Shown here: positions 46,871 to 56,222 of the stretch, in pieces | Position numbering within the stretch: position 1 is the stretch's first letter | Layout of the letters: every line of letters starts with the position of its first letter | Assembly: GCA_009015555.1 (NCBI GenBank) | Contig: GCA_009015555.1_3613.1 | Reading direction: 5' to 3' (one strand) | From: a phage | Length of the DNA: 64,000 bases | Position numbers and translations under genes: made by a program | Notes under the pieces: model-generated | Seen by the model: only the letters and a program-made list of their open reading frames with translations | Told to the model about the DNA's origin: nothing | The model's database searches: none

Positions 46871-48109
46871 ATGCAGCAGACTTACAAACGTACTGACCAA
46901 ACCATGTTTAAGAAACGAATCAGTATCCGACAGATGGAAGATCTGATCCGCCTTGGTGCCCGTATCGGTAAAACCACTTTCTTCTTCGGTGGTGCAGGTC
47001 TCGGTAAGTCCCAAAAAGTGTTGCAGGTAGCCAACAACATGTTCCCCCACCGCATCGGGGACAACCTGTGTGACGTTCGCCTGTCCGACAAAGAGCCGCA
47101 GGATATTGCAGGTATCCCGGTCCCGGTAACCTATTTCGATCCGGTTCAGGGCAAAGAAGTTACCCGTACTGTGTACGCATGTCCGAGCTTCTGGCCTACA
47201 GACCCGAACTGGGAAGGTATCGTATTCCTGGATGAACTGCCGAACGCAATGCTGGGCACTCAGCACTCTGCGTATCAGGTTATTCTGGACCACGTTGCAG
47301 GTGACCACCGCTTCCCGAAAGGTTGTGTGTTCGTTGGTGCAGGTAACCGTGACACCGATAACGCAGGCACCACCGAAATGCCTGGGCCGCTGGTTAACCG
47401 TATGATCATGGCAGAGGTTGAATACAATCTGGATGTGTGGATTGAGGACTTCGCAGTCCCATTCAAACTGCACCCACACGTAATCGGCTTCCTGAAGCAG
47501 TTCCCGGAGCATTTCTACACTGGTGACGTAGAGAAGCGCTCTACTCCGGTGTTCGCATCACCTCGTCAGTGGAAAACTGTTTCTGACATTCTGTACGATT
47601 ACGAAGTACAGAAGAATGAGTACATCACCGAGATCGCTATCGCGGGTTCTGTTGGTGAAGGTCTGGAAACTGCGGTTCTTGCGTACCACTTACGTGCCGC
47701 TGAACTGCCGAAAGTTGAAGACATCTTCTCCGGTAAGGTGAAAAAGCACGAACTGTCTCGTGAGAAGAACGACCTGGTTTACGTACTGGCACAGACCTGC
47801 TTACGTCAACTGGAGAAAGAAGTGATGGACAATGGCATGAATGATGAGATCTTCATCGAACGTGCTTCTAACTTCCTAAACTTCATGTTCAACAACTATT
47901 ACAAGGCGAACAAAGACACCATGATCGCGCTGATGATTGGTATCTTCCGTGCATCCAATACGGATCAACAGGCGATCCTGAGCCTGAACCCGAAACGTAC
48001 CAAGATGATCCCGGCGCTGCGTAAGAACTGCGAAGCTGTTATGACTATCGTAATGGAGTATCAGACTCGTTATGGTAAAATCATGGAGGATTTCAACGTT
48101 AAAGGTTGA
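46871..48109 (+). CDS. MoxR-type AAA+ ATPase
   Basis: GAGGAG RBS. Walker A GGAGLGKSQ; Walker B VFLDELPNA. Confidence 0.8.
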   Translation: MQQTYKRTDQTMFKKRISIRQMEDLIRLGARIGKTTFFFGGAGLGKSQKVLQVANNMFPHRIGDNLCDVRLSDKEPQDIAGIPVPVTYFDPVQGKEVTRTVYACPSFWPTDPNWEGIVFLDELPNAMLGTQHSAYQVILDHVAGDHRFPKGCVFVGAGNRDTDNAGTTEMPGPLVNRMIMAEVEYNLDVWIEDFAVPFKLHPHVIGFLKQFPEHFYTGDVEKRSTPVFASPRQWKTVSDILYDYEVQKNEYITEIAIAGSVGEGLETAVLAYHLRAAELPKVEDIFSGKVKKHELSREKNDLVYVLAQTCLRQLEKEVMDNGMNDEIFIERASNFLNFMFNNYYKANKDTMIALMIGIFRASNTDQQAILSLNPKRTKMIPALRKNCEAVMTIVMEYQTRYGKIMEDFNVKG

Positions 48110-48133
48110 CATCACAATATAAGCTGATAGAAT
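48106..48133 (+). promoter_or_regulatory. candidate promoter ahead of the VWA gene
   Basis: TTGACA-16-TAGAAT overlapping the MoxR stop codon. Confidence 0.4.
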
Positions 48134-48167
48134 GGGGTCATCTTTCGAGATGGCCCCTTTTTCTTTT
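48134..48167 (+). terminator. terminator-like hairpin / leader stem-loop
   Basis: GGGGTCATC-TTTCGA-GATGGCCCC followed by TTTTTCTTTT, between the MoxR stop and the VWA RBS. Confidence 0.6.
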
Positions 48168-48176
48168 GGAGGAAAT

Positions 48177-49733
48177 ATGTTCGACAATATCATGAGTGCC
48201 GAGGAGCTTGAGCTTGCCAACGCCAATACAGAAGAGGCAGAGAAACTCCTTGAGGCTGCAAGTCTTCAACTGATGCGCTACAAACCTTTCTATGGTGTTA
48301 TGTTGGCGTCAATGCCGATTATCCGTGCCACAGAGACCATCAACACGATGGCTACCAATGGGCGCGACCTGTTCTATTCTCCGGAATTTGTTGCCGGGAT
48401 GTGCGATAAGCGCAAGGCGCTGGTAAAACAGCGCATTGACCAGCAAATCACCGACAAGAAGAAGAATGCTGAGATGAAGTTGATGATCGATGTGTTCTAT
48501 CGTAGAAAGACTGCCCGTGAGGTGGCCTTGGTGTTGGAGCACGAGTGTGATCACGTGGTTTCTGAGCACATGTACCGTGGAAAGGGTTACAACTTCGCGC
48601 TGTTCAACATTGCTGCCGACCACCGTATCAATACGAACGCTGTTCTTAACCACACAACGAATAATGAAATGGGGACAGCGTGGTTCCCTCTGGGTGCCAA
48701 AACAGTGTTCGACCCAGGCAAAGAGTTCGGCTTCATGAAGTGGGCATACTGTGACTTCCAGTATGCAGATATGTATGCCGAGCAGATCTATGAGCTTCTC
48801 GTTAAGCAGACCCCTCCCCCTCCGCCGAGCGGTGGTGGCGGTGGTGAATCGGGAAGCGGAGAGGAAGGTCAAGGTGATTCCGGTGGTCAGGGTAATGGCC
48901 CAATGGGTACTGACCAACACCCGAATGCAGACGGGACCTTCAGTGAGCAAGATGGGGAAGACGATCTGTCCAAAGCAATGGGCACTGACCCGGGGGCTAT
49001 GAAGCCGCTGACCCAGGATCAAAAGAACTATAACGACACGGTAATGCGTCGGGCAATCGAGAACGCTGTTCAGGCAGCGGGCAAGGGAGCGCCAGCGGAT
49101 GCTCGTAAGTTTGTGGAGGAGGCAGGAAAGCCGAAGGTTAACTACCTGCGACTGTTACGTCGGACAATTGAGCGGCTGTTCAAAGACAACGTTTCATACC
49201 GTCGTTTAAACCGCCGTAGCTACTCCCTGACGCGATCTTTACGTCAAGCAGGGCATCTTACTTCCCGGCAGACGATCGGCCTTCCTTCGTACACTAAGGC
49301 TAAGACAATCCGTGCTCACGTATTCTTCGACGTGTCTGGATCTTTTACTGATGATTTGCTGGCTCCGACCAAACGTGAGATCAAGGGCCTGTGCAACCAG
49401 TACGAGGACTTTGAGGTCACTATGGCGGCATGGTCCACAAAGGTTGGTAATATCTGTACTTACACGAAGAAGAACCTGAAGGAGATTGATAACTACAAGA
49501 TCAAGACTACCTACGGGACCGATGTACAGTGCGTGTTCGAATGTCTTGATAATCTTGACAAAGAACCCGATCAGATTGTAATCTATACAGATGGTTACTT
49601 CTCTGATGTGTCCAATGTTAAAAACTGGGCCGAGAAGTATGGCAAGAAGACGCTGTGGATCATCCTGGGCCGTCACGGACCGGAATGGACCCCTCCGTTC
49701 GGCACTGCCATCGACTTCGACAAATATCTGTAA
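48177..49733 (+). CDS. von Willebrand factor A (VWA) domain protein with MIDAS motif
   Basis: GGAGG RBS. MIDAS D-x-S-x-S (VFFDVSGSF) and TDG (IYTDGYF); Pro/Gly-rich linker. Confidence 0.8.
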   Translation: MFDNIMSAEELELANANTEEAEKLLEAASLQLMRYKPFYGVMLASMPIIRATETINTMATNGRDLFYSPEFVAGMCDKRKALVKQRIDQQITDKKKNAEMKLMIDVFYRRKTAREVALVLEHECDHVVSEHMYRGKGYNFALFNIAADHRINTNAVLNHTTNNEMGTAWFPLGAKTVFDPGKEFGFMKWAYCDFQYADMYAEQIYELLVKQTPPPPPSGGGGGESGSGEEGQGDSGGQGNGPMGTDQHPNADGTFSEQDGEDDLSKAMGTDPGAMKPLTQDQKNYNDTVMRRAIENAVQAAGKGAPADARKFVEEAGKPKVNYLRLLRRTIERLFKDNVSYRRLNRRSYSLTRSLRQAGHLTSRQTIGLPSYTKAKTIRAHVFFDVSGSFTDDLLAPTKREIKGLCNQYEDFEVTMAAWSTKVGNICTYTKKNLKEIDNYKIKTTYGTDVQCVFECLDNLDKEPDQIVIYTDGYFSDVSNVKNWAEKYGKKTLWIILGRHGPEWTPPFGTAIDFDKYL

Positions 49734-49741
49734 GGAGAATT

Positions 49742-50119
49742 ATGTCACAGTATGGTTATCAATTAGAGTGTGGTCGCCGGGGGGCGACCCTCTCTGTGTT
49801 CCGTTTGGATAAGGCTGGGCAGGTAGAATACACCTGGCGATCGATGTTCAACAGCCGGGGTATGGAAGTTGTCAGGGCCAATGCCGAGGGTATCGAGACA
49901 GAACTTGCCCATTTTGAGACATTCCTTTACCCGGATCGTGTAGACGAGGATGAACTTGCCTTTGTGGATCTTCTGTCGATGTCTCCGGTAAAAGAGGATC
50001 ATGATTTCATTATGCTGTGCTCTTTCTTGGTTGCCAAGTGGGCAGCGGGACATAACGAAGAGATGTTGCATGATGCTATTCGCCCGACCCTGAAAAAGTG
50101 GGCAGAAAAGACAACATAG
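49742..50119 (+). CDS. hypothetical protein
   Basis: AAGGAG RBS before ATG 49742. Confidence 0.55.
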   Translation: MSQYGYQLECGRRGATLSVFRLDKAGQVEYTWRSMFNSRGMEVVRANAEGIETELAHFETFLYPDRVDEDELAFVDLLSMSPVKEDHDFIMLCSFLVAKWAAGHNEEMLHDAIRPTLKKWAEKTT

Positions 50120-50359
50120 TATGTAGCCCTGAAAGGCACACGAAGTAATAATAGATCTAACACCTTCGCTACGCTCACCCATCCGGGCCTACGGGGTGTT
50201 GATCTGATCTTATAATAAAACTTCCCCACTCACATTCGTTCGGAGTCAGTTTTATTAAATTTCTTCGAAATTGTATTGACACCAACATTTCTCTCATGTA
50301 TCTTTGTGTTCAAGGGAGAGAACTCCCACACACAACAAACAACATGAAGGAGAGATAAT

Positions 50360-50602
50360 ATGAGAGTTCGACAGCATCGCGGTTCACTGGTGGAAAGCCT
50401 GAAGACTGTGAAACAGATCCCAGCCACCAAAGAGGCTCTGGCAGATCATATCAACATGGTGATGGACTTCCCGGTGAAGTTTGGACCAGGCTCGATCAGC
50501 CTGATCTACCAGGGTGTTGATGATCGTATTGGGTGGAAGACCTATATGATCACGGTTGCAGGTCTGGGTGTGTTTGGATATTGTGATGAGGAGGTCAAAT
50601 GA
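50360..50602 (+). CDS. hypothetical protein
   Basis: GAAGGAGAG RBS. Confidence 0.55.
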   Translation: MRVRQHRGSLVESLKTVKQIPATKEALADHINMVMDFPVKFGPGSISLIYQGVDDRIGWKTYMITVAGLGVFGYCDEEVK

Positions 50603-50908
50603 CCGTACTGATTGCAGGTATTGCTTTGACACTTGTTGTGGATTTCTTCTACTCAAAATATCGAAGGAATCCATATGGAACTTGGGGATAAGATCTATAA
50701 GGGTCTTGTAATCCTCGGTGGGTCTATGCTACTGTTAGGCGTGATCGGAAAGATCATTGTGTTTGTTATCCAAATCTGTGGAGGTTATAATGGGTAATAT
50801 CAAATGGTGGGCACTTATGCCTGCGGCAAACGAAGATAAGGGTGGCGACGGTAAACGTGCCCCGGCACAGCAGTATTTCTGGTGGCCTTCCAACATTCAG
50901 CCGGGGGC

Positions 50909-51262
50909 ATGATGGAGCACATTTACTTCTATCTCCTCTGGGTACTGTTCTCAGTGGTCGGCATCTGGCGTATGTTGTCCCTGATGTCCGTTTCTGGTCG
51001 TGTAGGCAATGATGACCGGGTAATGCTCTTTTTTATGCTTACCCCGGCTTGCTTTTTGATGACACCCGTGCTACTGTTCGTAGAGTTGATGTTCTGGGTC
51101 GGCAGGAAGATCGATAAGTTCAGAGAGTCCCCTCGTTACGTGACGTGGAAGATCCAACGCCAAATCCGTAAGCGCCGCCGGGGGCCGCTGGTCCGTGTTG
51201 TTGAGCACCTGCACAATAAACGTAAGGAGAAGACACGTGAAGAAGACGTACCTGAAGTATAA
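50909..51262 (+). CDS. membrane protein with basic C-terminus
   Basis: Start at ATGATG; three hydrophobic helices then RQIRKRRRGPLVR. Confidence 0.45.
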   Translation: MMEHIYFYLLWVLFSVVGIWRMLSLMSVSGRVGNDDRVMLFFMLTPACFLMTPVLLFVELMFWVGRKIDKFRESPRYVTWKIQRQIRKRRRGPLVRVVEHLHNKRKEKTREEDVPEV

Positions 51263-51395
51263 GTGGCGGTTCTGGGAGCATACCCTTGTCTTTACCGGGT
51301 GGTTGTTCGGTTACGGGCATGATGCCTATTACGGCGTGAAAAATAGCCGCAATAAAGCATACTTTGCCTATGCTTTCTACAAGGAACGGGTATGA
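51237..51395 (+). CDS. small aromatic-rich protein
   Basis: GTG start 5 nt after AAGGAGAAG. Confidence 0.4.
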   Translation: MKKTYLKYKWRFWEHTLVFTGWLFGYGHDAYYGVKNSRNKAYFAYAFYKERV

Positions 51396-51634
51396 ACCTT
51401 GGGAAAAACCAAATCGGGGTCCTGAAGTGTCTCAGCGACGGTCGTTACGGCTATATCGCCTTCCCCTGGGGCTGTGGGTGGGTGTGGAACACACGCCAGG
51501 GAACCATCAAGATCCTTGAGACCCTTGTCAAAAAGGGTCTGGTGGAGAAAGGGACATATACAACCGAAGAGGGTAAAACTTACCCTCAATATACCATCTC
51601 CCGCACCGGGAAAGTGTATATTCTCGGCAGATAA
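51392..51634 (+). CDS. hypothetical protein
   Basis: 80 aa; ATGA overlap. Confidence 0.5.
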   Translation: MNLGKNQIGVLKCLSDGRYGYIAFPWGCGWVWNTRQGTIKILETLVKKGLVEKGTYTTEEGKTYPQYTISRTGKVYILGR

Positions 51635-51665
51635 CAGCACAATCCTATTGATAAAGGAAGAAATA

Positions 51666-51863
51666 ATGGCTAAACTAACTAAACCCCAGCAAAAATTCCT
51701 GCTGGCTGCACTCGGTGGTGACCACAATCGTGACCTGAAGGGAAAGGTTCAGGACAACCTGGCTTCCCAAGGACTGATCCGTTATCTCCCGCCGTTTGGC
51801 TGGGTACTCACCGCAGAAGGCGGGGAAATTGCCCGTGAACTGGAGGCCCGCCGTGCAGATTAA
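51666..51863 (+). CDS. hypothetical protein
   Basis: AAAGGAAG RBS before ATG 51666. Confidence 0.5.
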   Translation: MAKLTKPQQKFLLAALGGDHNRDLKGKVQDNLASQGLIRYLPPFGWVLTAEGGEIARELEARRAD

Positions 51864-52392
51864 ACGTTCCACAATCGAAAAGATCCGTATCGAAGACATT
51901 CAGGATTCCCACCGTCTCGACCCGGTTGAGGTTATTGTGGAAAACTTTGAACCGGGCACTGGCAAGATTACCATCTCTTGCTACGGGCAGGTCTGGACAG
52001 GCTTCTGGGGCAGCATGGGCGGCACAGTGGAGGAGTTCTTCCAGCGTGTGTCCAATGACTACCTGATCGACAAGATGTCTGATTACCGAGCCACTGAGCC
52101 GGACCCGGACAGAGACCCGGACTACCTGAAGTCTTTAATTCTGAAACACCGCCGTTCCGGAGACATCACCAAAGACCAAGCCAAACAGGCGTGGTACTAC
52201 GTTGATAGCTACGGCCCGGATCGTAACTCTTTGTGTTACGGTCATGTGCCGGAGGAGTTGCGGGTCATCGAGGGGATGTGTGAGCCGTGGCACATTGACT
52301 GGCCTAAAATGCCAAGCCACCAATACGCATACCTGGAGCGTATTCTTGATCTCGTTCGTGAAGTTATAAAACCCGGAGGAAACAATGAATAA
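51853..52392 (+). CDS. hypothetical protein
   Basis: GTG start after GGAGG, overlapping the upstream stop. Confidence 0.5.
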   Translation: MQIKRSTIEKIRIEDIQDSHRLDPVEVIVENFEPGTGKITISCYGQVWTGFWGSMGGTVEEFFQRVSNDYLIDKMSDYRATEPDPDRDPDYLKSLILKHRRSGDITKDQAKQAWYYVDSYGPDRNSLCYGHVPEELRVIEGMCEPWHIDWPKMPSHQYAYLERILDLVREVIKPGGNNE

Positions 52393-52594
52393 GGTACGCT
52401 GTACGTATGTCGAAGAGGATATGGAATGCCACTTCACCGTAGGTAAAGAATATGCCTGCAAGGTTGACGAGTCAGCGGCAGATCCTAACTCAATGATCGT
52501 TGTTGGGGAGGATAAAGAGCGGTGGTATGCGGAGCGTCTCGACGACAAAAACGCCGCTTTGCTGGGGATGTTTGTAAAATTTGAATTTATTTAA
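52385..52594 (+). CDS. hypothetical protein
   Basis: 69 aa; overlap with upstream stop. Confidence 0.5.
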   Translation: MNKVRCTYVEEDMECHFTVGKEYACKVDESAADPNSMIVVGEDKERWYAERLDDKNAALLGMFVKFEFI

Positions 52595-52597
52595 TTA

Positions 52598-52625
52598 AAG
52601 GGGTTGACTTCGGTCAACCCCTTTT
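52598..52625 (+). terminator. rho-independent terminator
   Basis: AAAGGGGTTGAC-TTCG-GTCAACCCCTTTT. Confidence 0.8.
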
Positions 52626-52671
52626 GCTATTCTTAGTCCATCGAAACGAAACAGAGAAAAGGAACGACAAG

Positions 52672-52902
52672 ATGAGCATGAAGAAAAAAGCAAATGACCT
52701 GGCTCGTGTCGCAGTACAGAAAGGCCACATCGAGGCAGTTCGCCGCTTGCAGCAGGCTTTCGAACTGGAACTCCGCGCCGCAGGTGTGAAGGGAGAGGAA
52801 GTGAACAAGGCACTGGCAATCATCAATGCCAACATCGGGTTCTACGAAGACAAGATCGGCGGCGAGTATGACAACGCACTGTTCGAGATGGAGGATCTGT
52901 AA
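52672..52902 (+). CDS. hypothetical protein
   Basis: AAAAGGAA RBS before ATG 52672. Confidence 0.55.
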   Translation: MSMKKKANDLARVAVQKGHIEAVRRLQQAFELELRAAGVKGEEVNKALAIINANIGFYEDKIGGEYDNALFEMEDL

Positions 52903-53264
52903 TGGATATTCGTAAAATCGTCCCGCAGTTCATGGTTCGCCAGGGCCTCGGCGACTGCGAGTGCCACATCAACGACTCCTGTGACTGTATGCCGGAACTG
53001 ATCCTAACCCGCAACGGCCTGTCCGGGTTCGGTGTGGCTCACTGGACGTACACCGACGAGACCTGCCCGAAGTCCATCGACTCATGGGGAAAGGCGTACT
53101 GGTGTGAGTTCCTCGGCCTGCCCGGCTTCTGGGCTATGGGTGAGGATGATGCAGCAGAAACTCTGCTGGAACGTCTTGACATGATGGGGCAGAGTGCTAC
53201 AATCAACTTCCGAAATACAAAACAGGCGTCCGCCGTGATTGCCGAACTGGAGAAGAACAAATGA
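52902..53264 (+). CDS. Cys-rich hypothetical protein
   Basis: 120 aa; CECHINDSCDC. Confidence 0.55.
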   Translation: MDIRKIVPQFMVRQGLGDCECHINDSCDCMPELILTRNGLSGFGVAHWTYTDETCPKSIDSWGKAYWCEFLGLPGFWAMGEDDAAETLLERLDMMGQSATINFRNTKQASAVIAELEKNK

Positions 53265-53602
53265 GCCACATTTTCGACAATATCCGCAACATCGAAGCCC
53301 AAGCAGAGATCTGCGAGAAAGACCAGCGCCAGTACATGGCGATGCGTTCCGGCGGTGCGGAGCGCTGGGAACTGGATGCGTTCATCCCCCGCATGGATGA
53401 TAACGATCACCACTTCACCCAAACGGTGCGGGAACTGAGTCTCGACAACCCGGCGCAGATGGTTCGCTTCATCAAGGCCATCAAGGCCCTCGGTGCCGTT
53501 GAAGCACTGGAGCGCATCCAAGAGGGCCAAGAGTTCTCCAACTGGGTAAACCTGGGTCTGGAGTCATGGGTAAACCGTATCACTGCGGAGGCACACGAAT
53601 GA
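53261..53602 (+). CDS. hypothetical protein
   Basis: 113 aa; ATGA overlap. Confidence 0.55.
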   Translation: MSHIFDNIRNIEAQAEICEKDQRQYMAMRSGGAERWELDAFIPRMDDNDHHFTQTVRELSLDNPAQMVRFIKAIKALGAVEALERIQEGQEFSNWVNLGLESWVNRITAEAHE

Positions 53603-53823
53603 AGTTGATTAGTCAGAAGAATGCGTGTAAACTCATTGACAGGGCCTATGCTCTTAACCGGGCACACCCTCAGTTACGAGTAGGCCAGAACCTGTGGAAC
53701 TACGTCAACGAAGATTTTCCTGACGTGGCTAATATGTTCCACGGGACGGTGAACGATTTCTTTTATCAAACCAACGCCGCATTGGCGGTAGAAACTTTCC
53801 TTACCCATTACGTGGAGAAATAA
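53599..53823 (+). CDS. hypothetical protein
   Basis: Start MKLISQK; ATGA overlap. Confidence 0.5.
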   Translation: MKLISQKNACKLIDRAYALNRAHPQLRVGQNLWNYVNEDFPDVANMFHGTVNDFFYQTNAALAVETFLTHYVEK

Positions 53824-53824
53824 C

Positions 53825-54097
53825 ATGAAAGACCTGAAGATCACACGCACTATCAGCACCGGGGTAATGTTCTTCGTTCCTCATGACGAAGACCGTTATG
53901 ATGAAATTGAAACCACGATCCTGAATGAGTTTATCGATCTGGATTGCGGGTCTGTCGCGCTTCACACCGATGATGCCGAGTTCTGTCAGTATTACCTAAC
54001 TGCCGACATCGGGGATGAGGAAGAGTTCCACAAGGTGTGCCAGTGGCTTCTGAAGCGTATGGAAGAACTGGGCACCACATTGGACTTCGTATCATGA
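53825..54097 (+). CDS. hypothetical acidic protein
   Basis: 90-aa ORF. Confidence 0.55.
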   Translation: MKDLKITRTISTGVMFFVPHDEDRYDEIETTILNEFIDLDCGSVALHTDDAEFCQYYLTADIGDEEEFHKVCQWLLKRMEELGTTLDFVS

Positions 54098-54366
54098 TCG
54101 CCTACGACAAGTACGGTAAGATGACGCCGGAGTTCCAGGCTTACCAACAAGAGGCTTGGGACAAGCTGCGGGCCATTGCCGGGCAACTGACGAAGCAAGC
54201 CATTGCCAGTGGTGTTTGTCCTAATGCAATGCGGGATACAATGACCAAGGCCATCGAATGCGGCTGTGTTGTTGCAAGCGCAGAGGTCTTCGTCGAAGAC
54301 AATAAGAAGGAAGTGCCTCACAGAGGCTCTCCTGACTGGCACATGGGTCTCGTGAAGGGTCTTTGA
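54094..54366 (+). CDS. hypothetical protein
   Basis: Start MIAYDKY; ATGA overlap. Confidence 0.5.
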   Translation: MIAYDKYGKMTPEFQAYQQEAWDKLRAIAGQLTKQAIASGVCPNAMRDTMTKAIECGCVVASAEVFVEDNKKEVPHRGSPDWHMGLVKGL

Positions 54367-54424
54367 TAAATCATACCGGGAGAGGCTTGCGCCTCTCCTG
54401 ATGCGTTACAGGAGCTTTTAGAGC

Positions 54425-55264
54425 ATGTCCTCATTTGATGCAGCTTTTCTACACGGTGTCGCTGATTATTCCAAGGGCACCAGTCCAACGCCCGAGATCC
54501 CCGATTGGAAAAATTTACAGCGGCGGCTGTCTGATGTCCAAGATACTTTGCTGAAGGAATGGCAGAGCAATGATTCTGTAGCTTCCGACATCAAAGACAT
54601 AGCCAGTGATTTTGACTTTGATTCTTCTCTTGAGGATTTTGTTTACAGGGCCAACGAAAAGATAGATACTTTGCACCGCGCTGTGCGTGATTCGTGTTAC
54701 GATCTGAAGATGAACTGGGACCCGGATGGAATGACCCGTGACCAGATGGTGACCTTTGTCGAAAACTTGAAGGACCAACTTGAAGAGTACCTACCACAAT
54801 CCCACATAATGAAAGATGTGGTTATGGGTTGGTACGGGTACAATGTGGCCCGGTTTGTTCAGGATTACCATGCACTGGGTCAAGCCTGGTTGTCATATAC
54901 CCACGATGATACGTACATGGGGGATCTGGAAGATTCCAAACTTGGAGACTTGACCATCAAGGCGTGTTCGAACGGCATCCTCCGATTATCCACCCAGTGG
55001 GTGCCAGGCTACCTGTACTTTACCAGTGATAATAAGATTATCCTTGGGGGTGAGAAGCACAGTCTTGCCATGAAAGTAGAAGAGTTCAGGACTTTCTTTG
55101 ATGACTGGAAGCGACCAACGGAAGAAGAGATTGCCCTGTTTGATGTCCTCAACCCTGGGGCCAACTGGTCTGTGTTCAGATACTTGAGGGATTACGAAGG
55201 GAAGAACTACATCTCGAACGTGAAACCGATCACATTGCAGGTGTCGGTTAGCACCAAGCTGTGA
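54425..55264 (+). CDS. hypothetical protein (279 aa), last gene before the repeat region
   Basis: Long ORF; no motif recognised. Confidence 0.6.
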   Translation: MSSFDAAFLHGVADYSKGTSPTPEIPDWKNLQRRLSDVQDTLLKEWQSNDSVASDIKDIASDFDFDSSLEDFVYRANEKIDTLHRAVRDSCYDLKMNWDPDGMTRDQMVTFVENLKDQLEEYLPQSHIMKDVVMGWYGYNVARFVQDYHALGQAWLSYTHDDTYMGDLEDSKLGDLTIKACSNGILRLSTQWVPGYLYFTSDNKIILGGEKHSLAMKVEEFRTFFDDWKRPTEEEIALFDVLNPGANWSVFRYLRDYEGKNYISNVKPITLQVSVSTKL

Positions 55265-55440
55265 TATTTGTGGGCCAAGGACGGCTCAGTTTTCAGATCG
55301 GATTTCGATTTGATATTTGCCTGTGATATTTGCGCCGATATTTGAAATCAGATTTCAATTCGAAATTCAATTTGAGATTTTATTTGAGATGGCCCGCCGG
55401 GCCGGGACTCAGATCAGATTCCTTTTTCAGATTTACTCAA
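55263..55440. repeat. cluster of short A/T-rich direct repeats (GATATTTG / GATTTCGA / ATTTGAGAT)
   Basis: gtGATATTTGtg ... GATTTCGATTTGATATTTGcctgtGATATTTGcgccGATATTTGaaatcaGATTTCAATTCGAAATTCAATTTGAGATTTTATTTGAGAT. Confidence 0.7.
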
Positions 55441-55564
55441 CAATGTACCAGCACACCCGGCCCCGGTCAAGGGCTAATGTACCATAAATGTTACATTAAG
55501 GGGCTTATGCACCACTAACGGCACATATACGTTACAATACGGGAGTTATCTCTGGTCAAAAAAT

Positions 55565-55735
55565 TTGAGGGTCTCGATCGGTTTTTCGTTTTGCCGATCG
55601 TATTCTCTGCCCGCCGGGCCGGACTGGGGTCTCGGTACAGAAAGCAGGGTCTCGATCGAAAACTCAATTTCGAGATCGTATTCTCGATACAGGTACAGGT
55701 CTCCGCCCGGGGTCTCGATCGAGATTTCATTTTCA
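55565..55735. repeat. three ~45-bp direct repeats GGGTCTCGATCG-N-CGTATTCTC
   Basis: GGGTCTCGATCG at 55569, 55647 and 55710, each followed 14-18 nt later by CGTATTCTC; GCCCGCCGGGCCGG blocks in between. Confidence 0.75.
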
Positions 55736-55769
55736 AAAACGTATTCTCAAAATCTATACAGAGGTGAAA

Positions 55770-55895
55770 ATCGAAATGAGAATTTTTATCATTCACGTTA
55801 GGCCCGAGGCGAAATGAGAATCGTTCTCATTTGCAAATTGAAATGATAATTATTCGCATTTACGTAGTTGAATGAGAATCATTCTCATCTCCAGA
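55770..55895. repeat. four palindromic repeats GAAATGAGAAT-n-ATTCTCATTT
   Basis: Four copies, two of them perfect palindromes (AAATGAGAA-TCG-TTCTCATTT; ATGAGAAT-C-ATTCTCAT). Confidence 0.75.
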
Positions 55896-56164
55896 ATAGC
55901 GGGCACCCCCGGTGATTGTCTCCGGGTCATTTCTCCCCGCTATGTGTATAATATAGCCCAACCCCGGCCCGGTTGCAAGCGTCTTTACAGTTCTTTACAA
56001 AACTATTTTGGACGAACTACCGGCGATCCACCTTCCGACCTGGCCCCGGTGCCCGGTACGTTAGCCCCGCCTTTTCGCCGTGGGGTGGCGTCTCCTCTCC
56101 TGTATGTGTACATTATGGACTAGCCCCGCCGGGCCGTCAATACCAAAACGAAAATAAATTTTTC

Positions 56165-56193
56165 TTGACCTGCCAGGCAAGCCGGGCCACAAT
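56165..56193 (+). promoter_or_regulatory. sigma70-type promoter
   Basis: TTGACC-17-CACAAT ahead of ORF 56223. Confidence 0.55.
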
Positions 56194-56222
56194 GCAGGCA
56201 CACCAACAAAGGAGATCGACCG

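Noticed and set aside
50120-50359. Possible tRNA or small RNA gene in the 240-bp gap between ORFs 49742 and 50360
   Set aside because: No acceptor-stem pairing or T-loop (GTTCRANYC) was seen by eye; a scan with tRNAscan would be needed to be sure.
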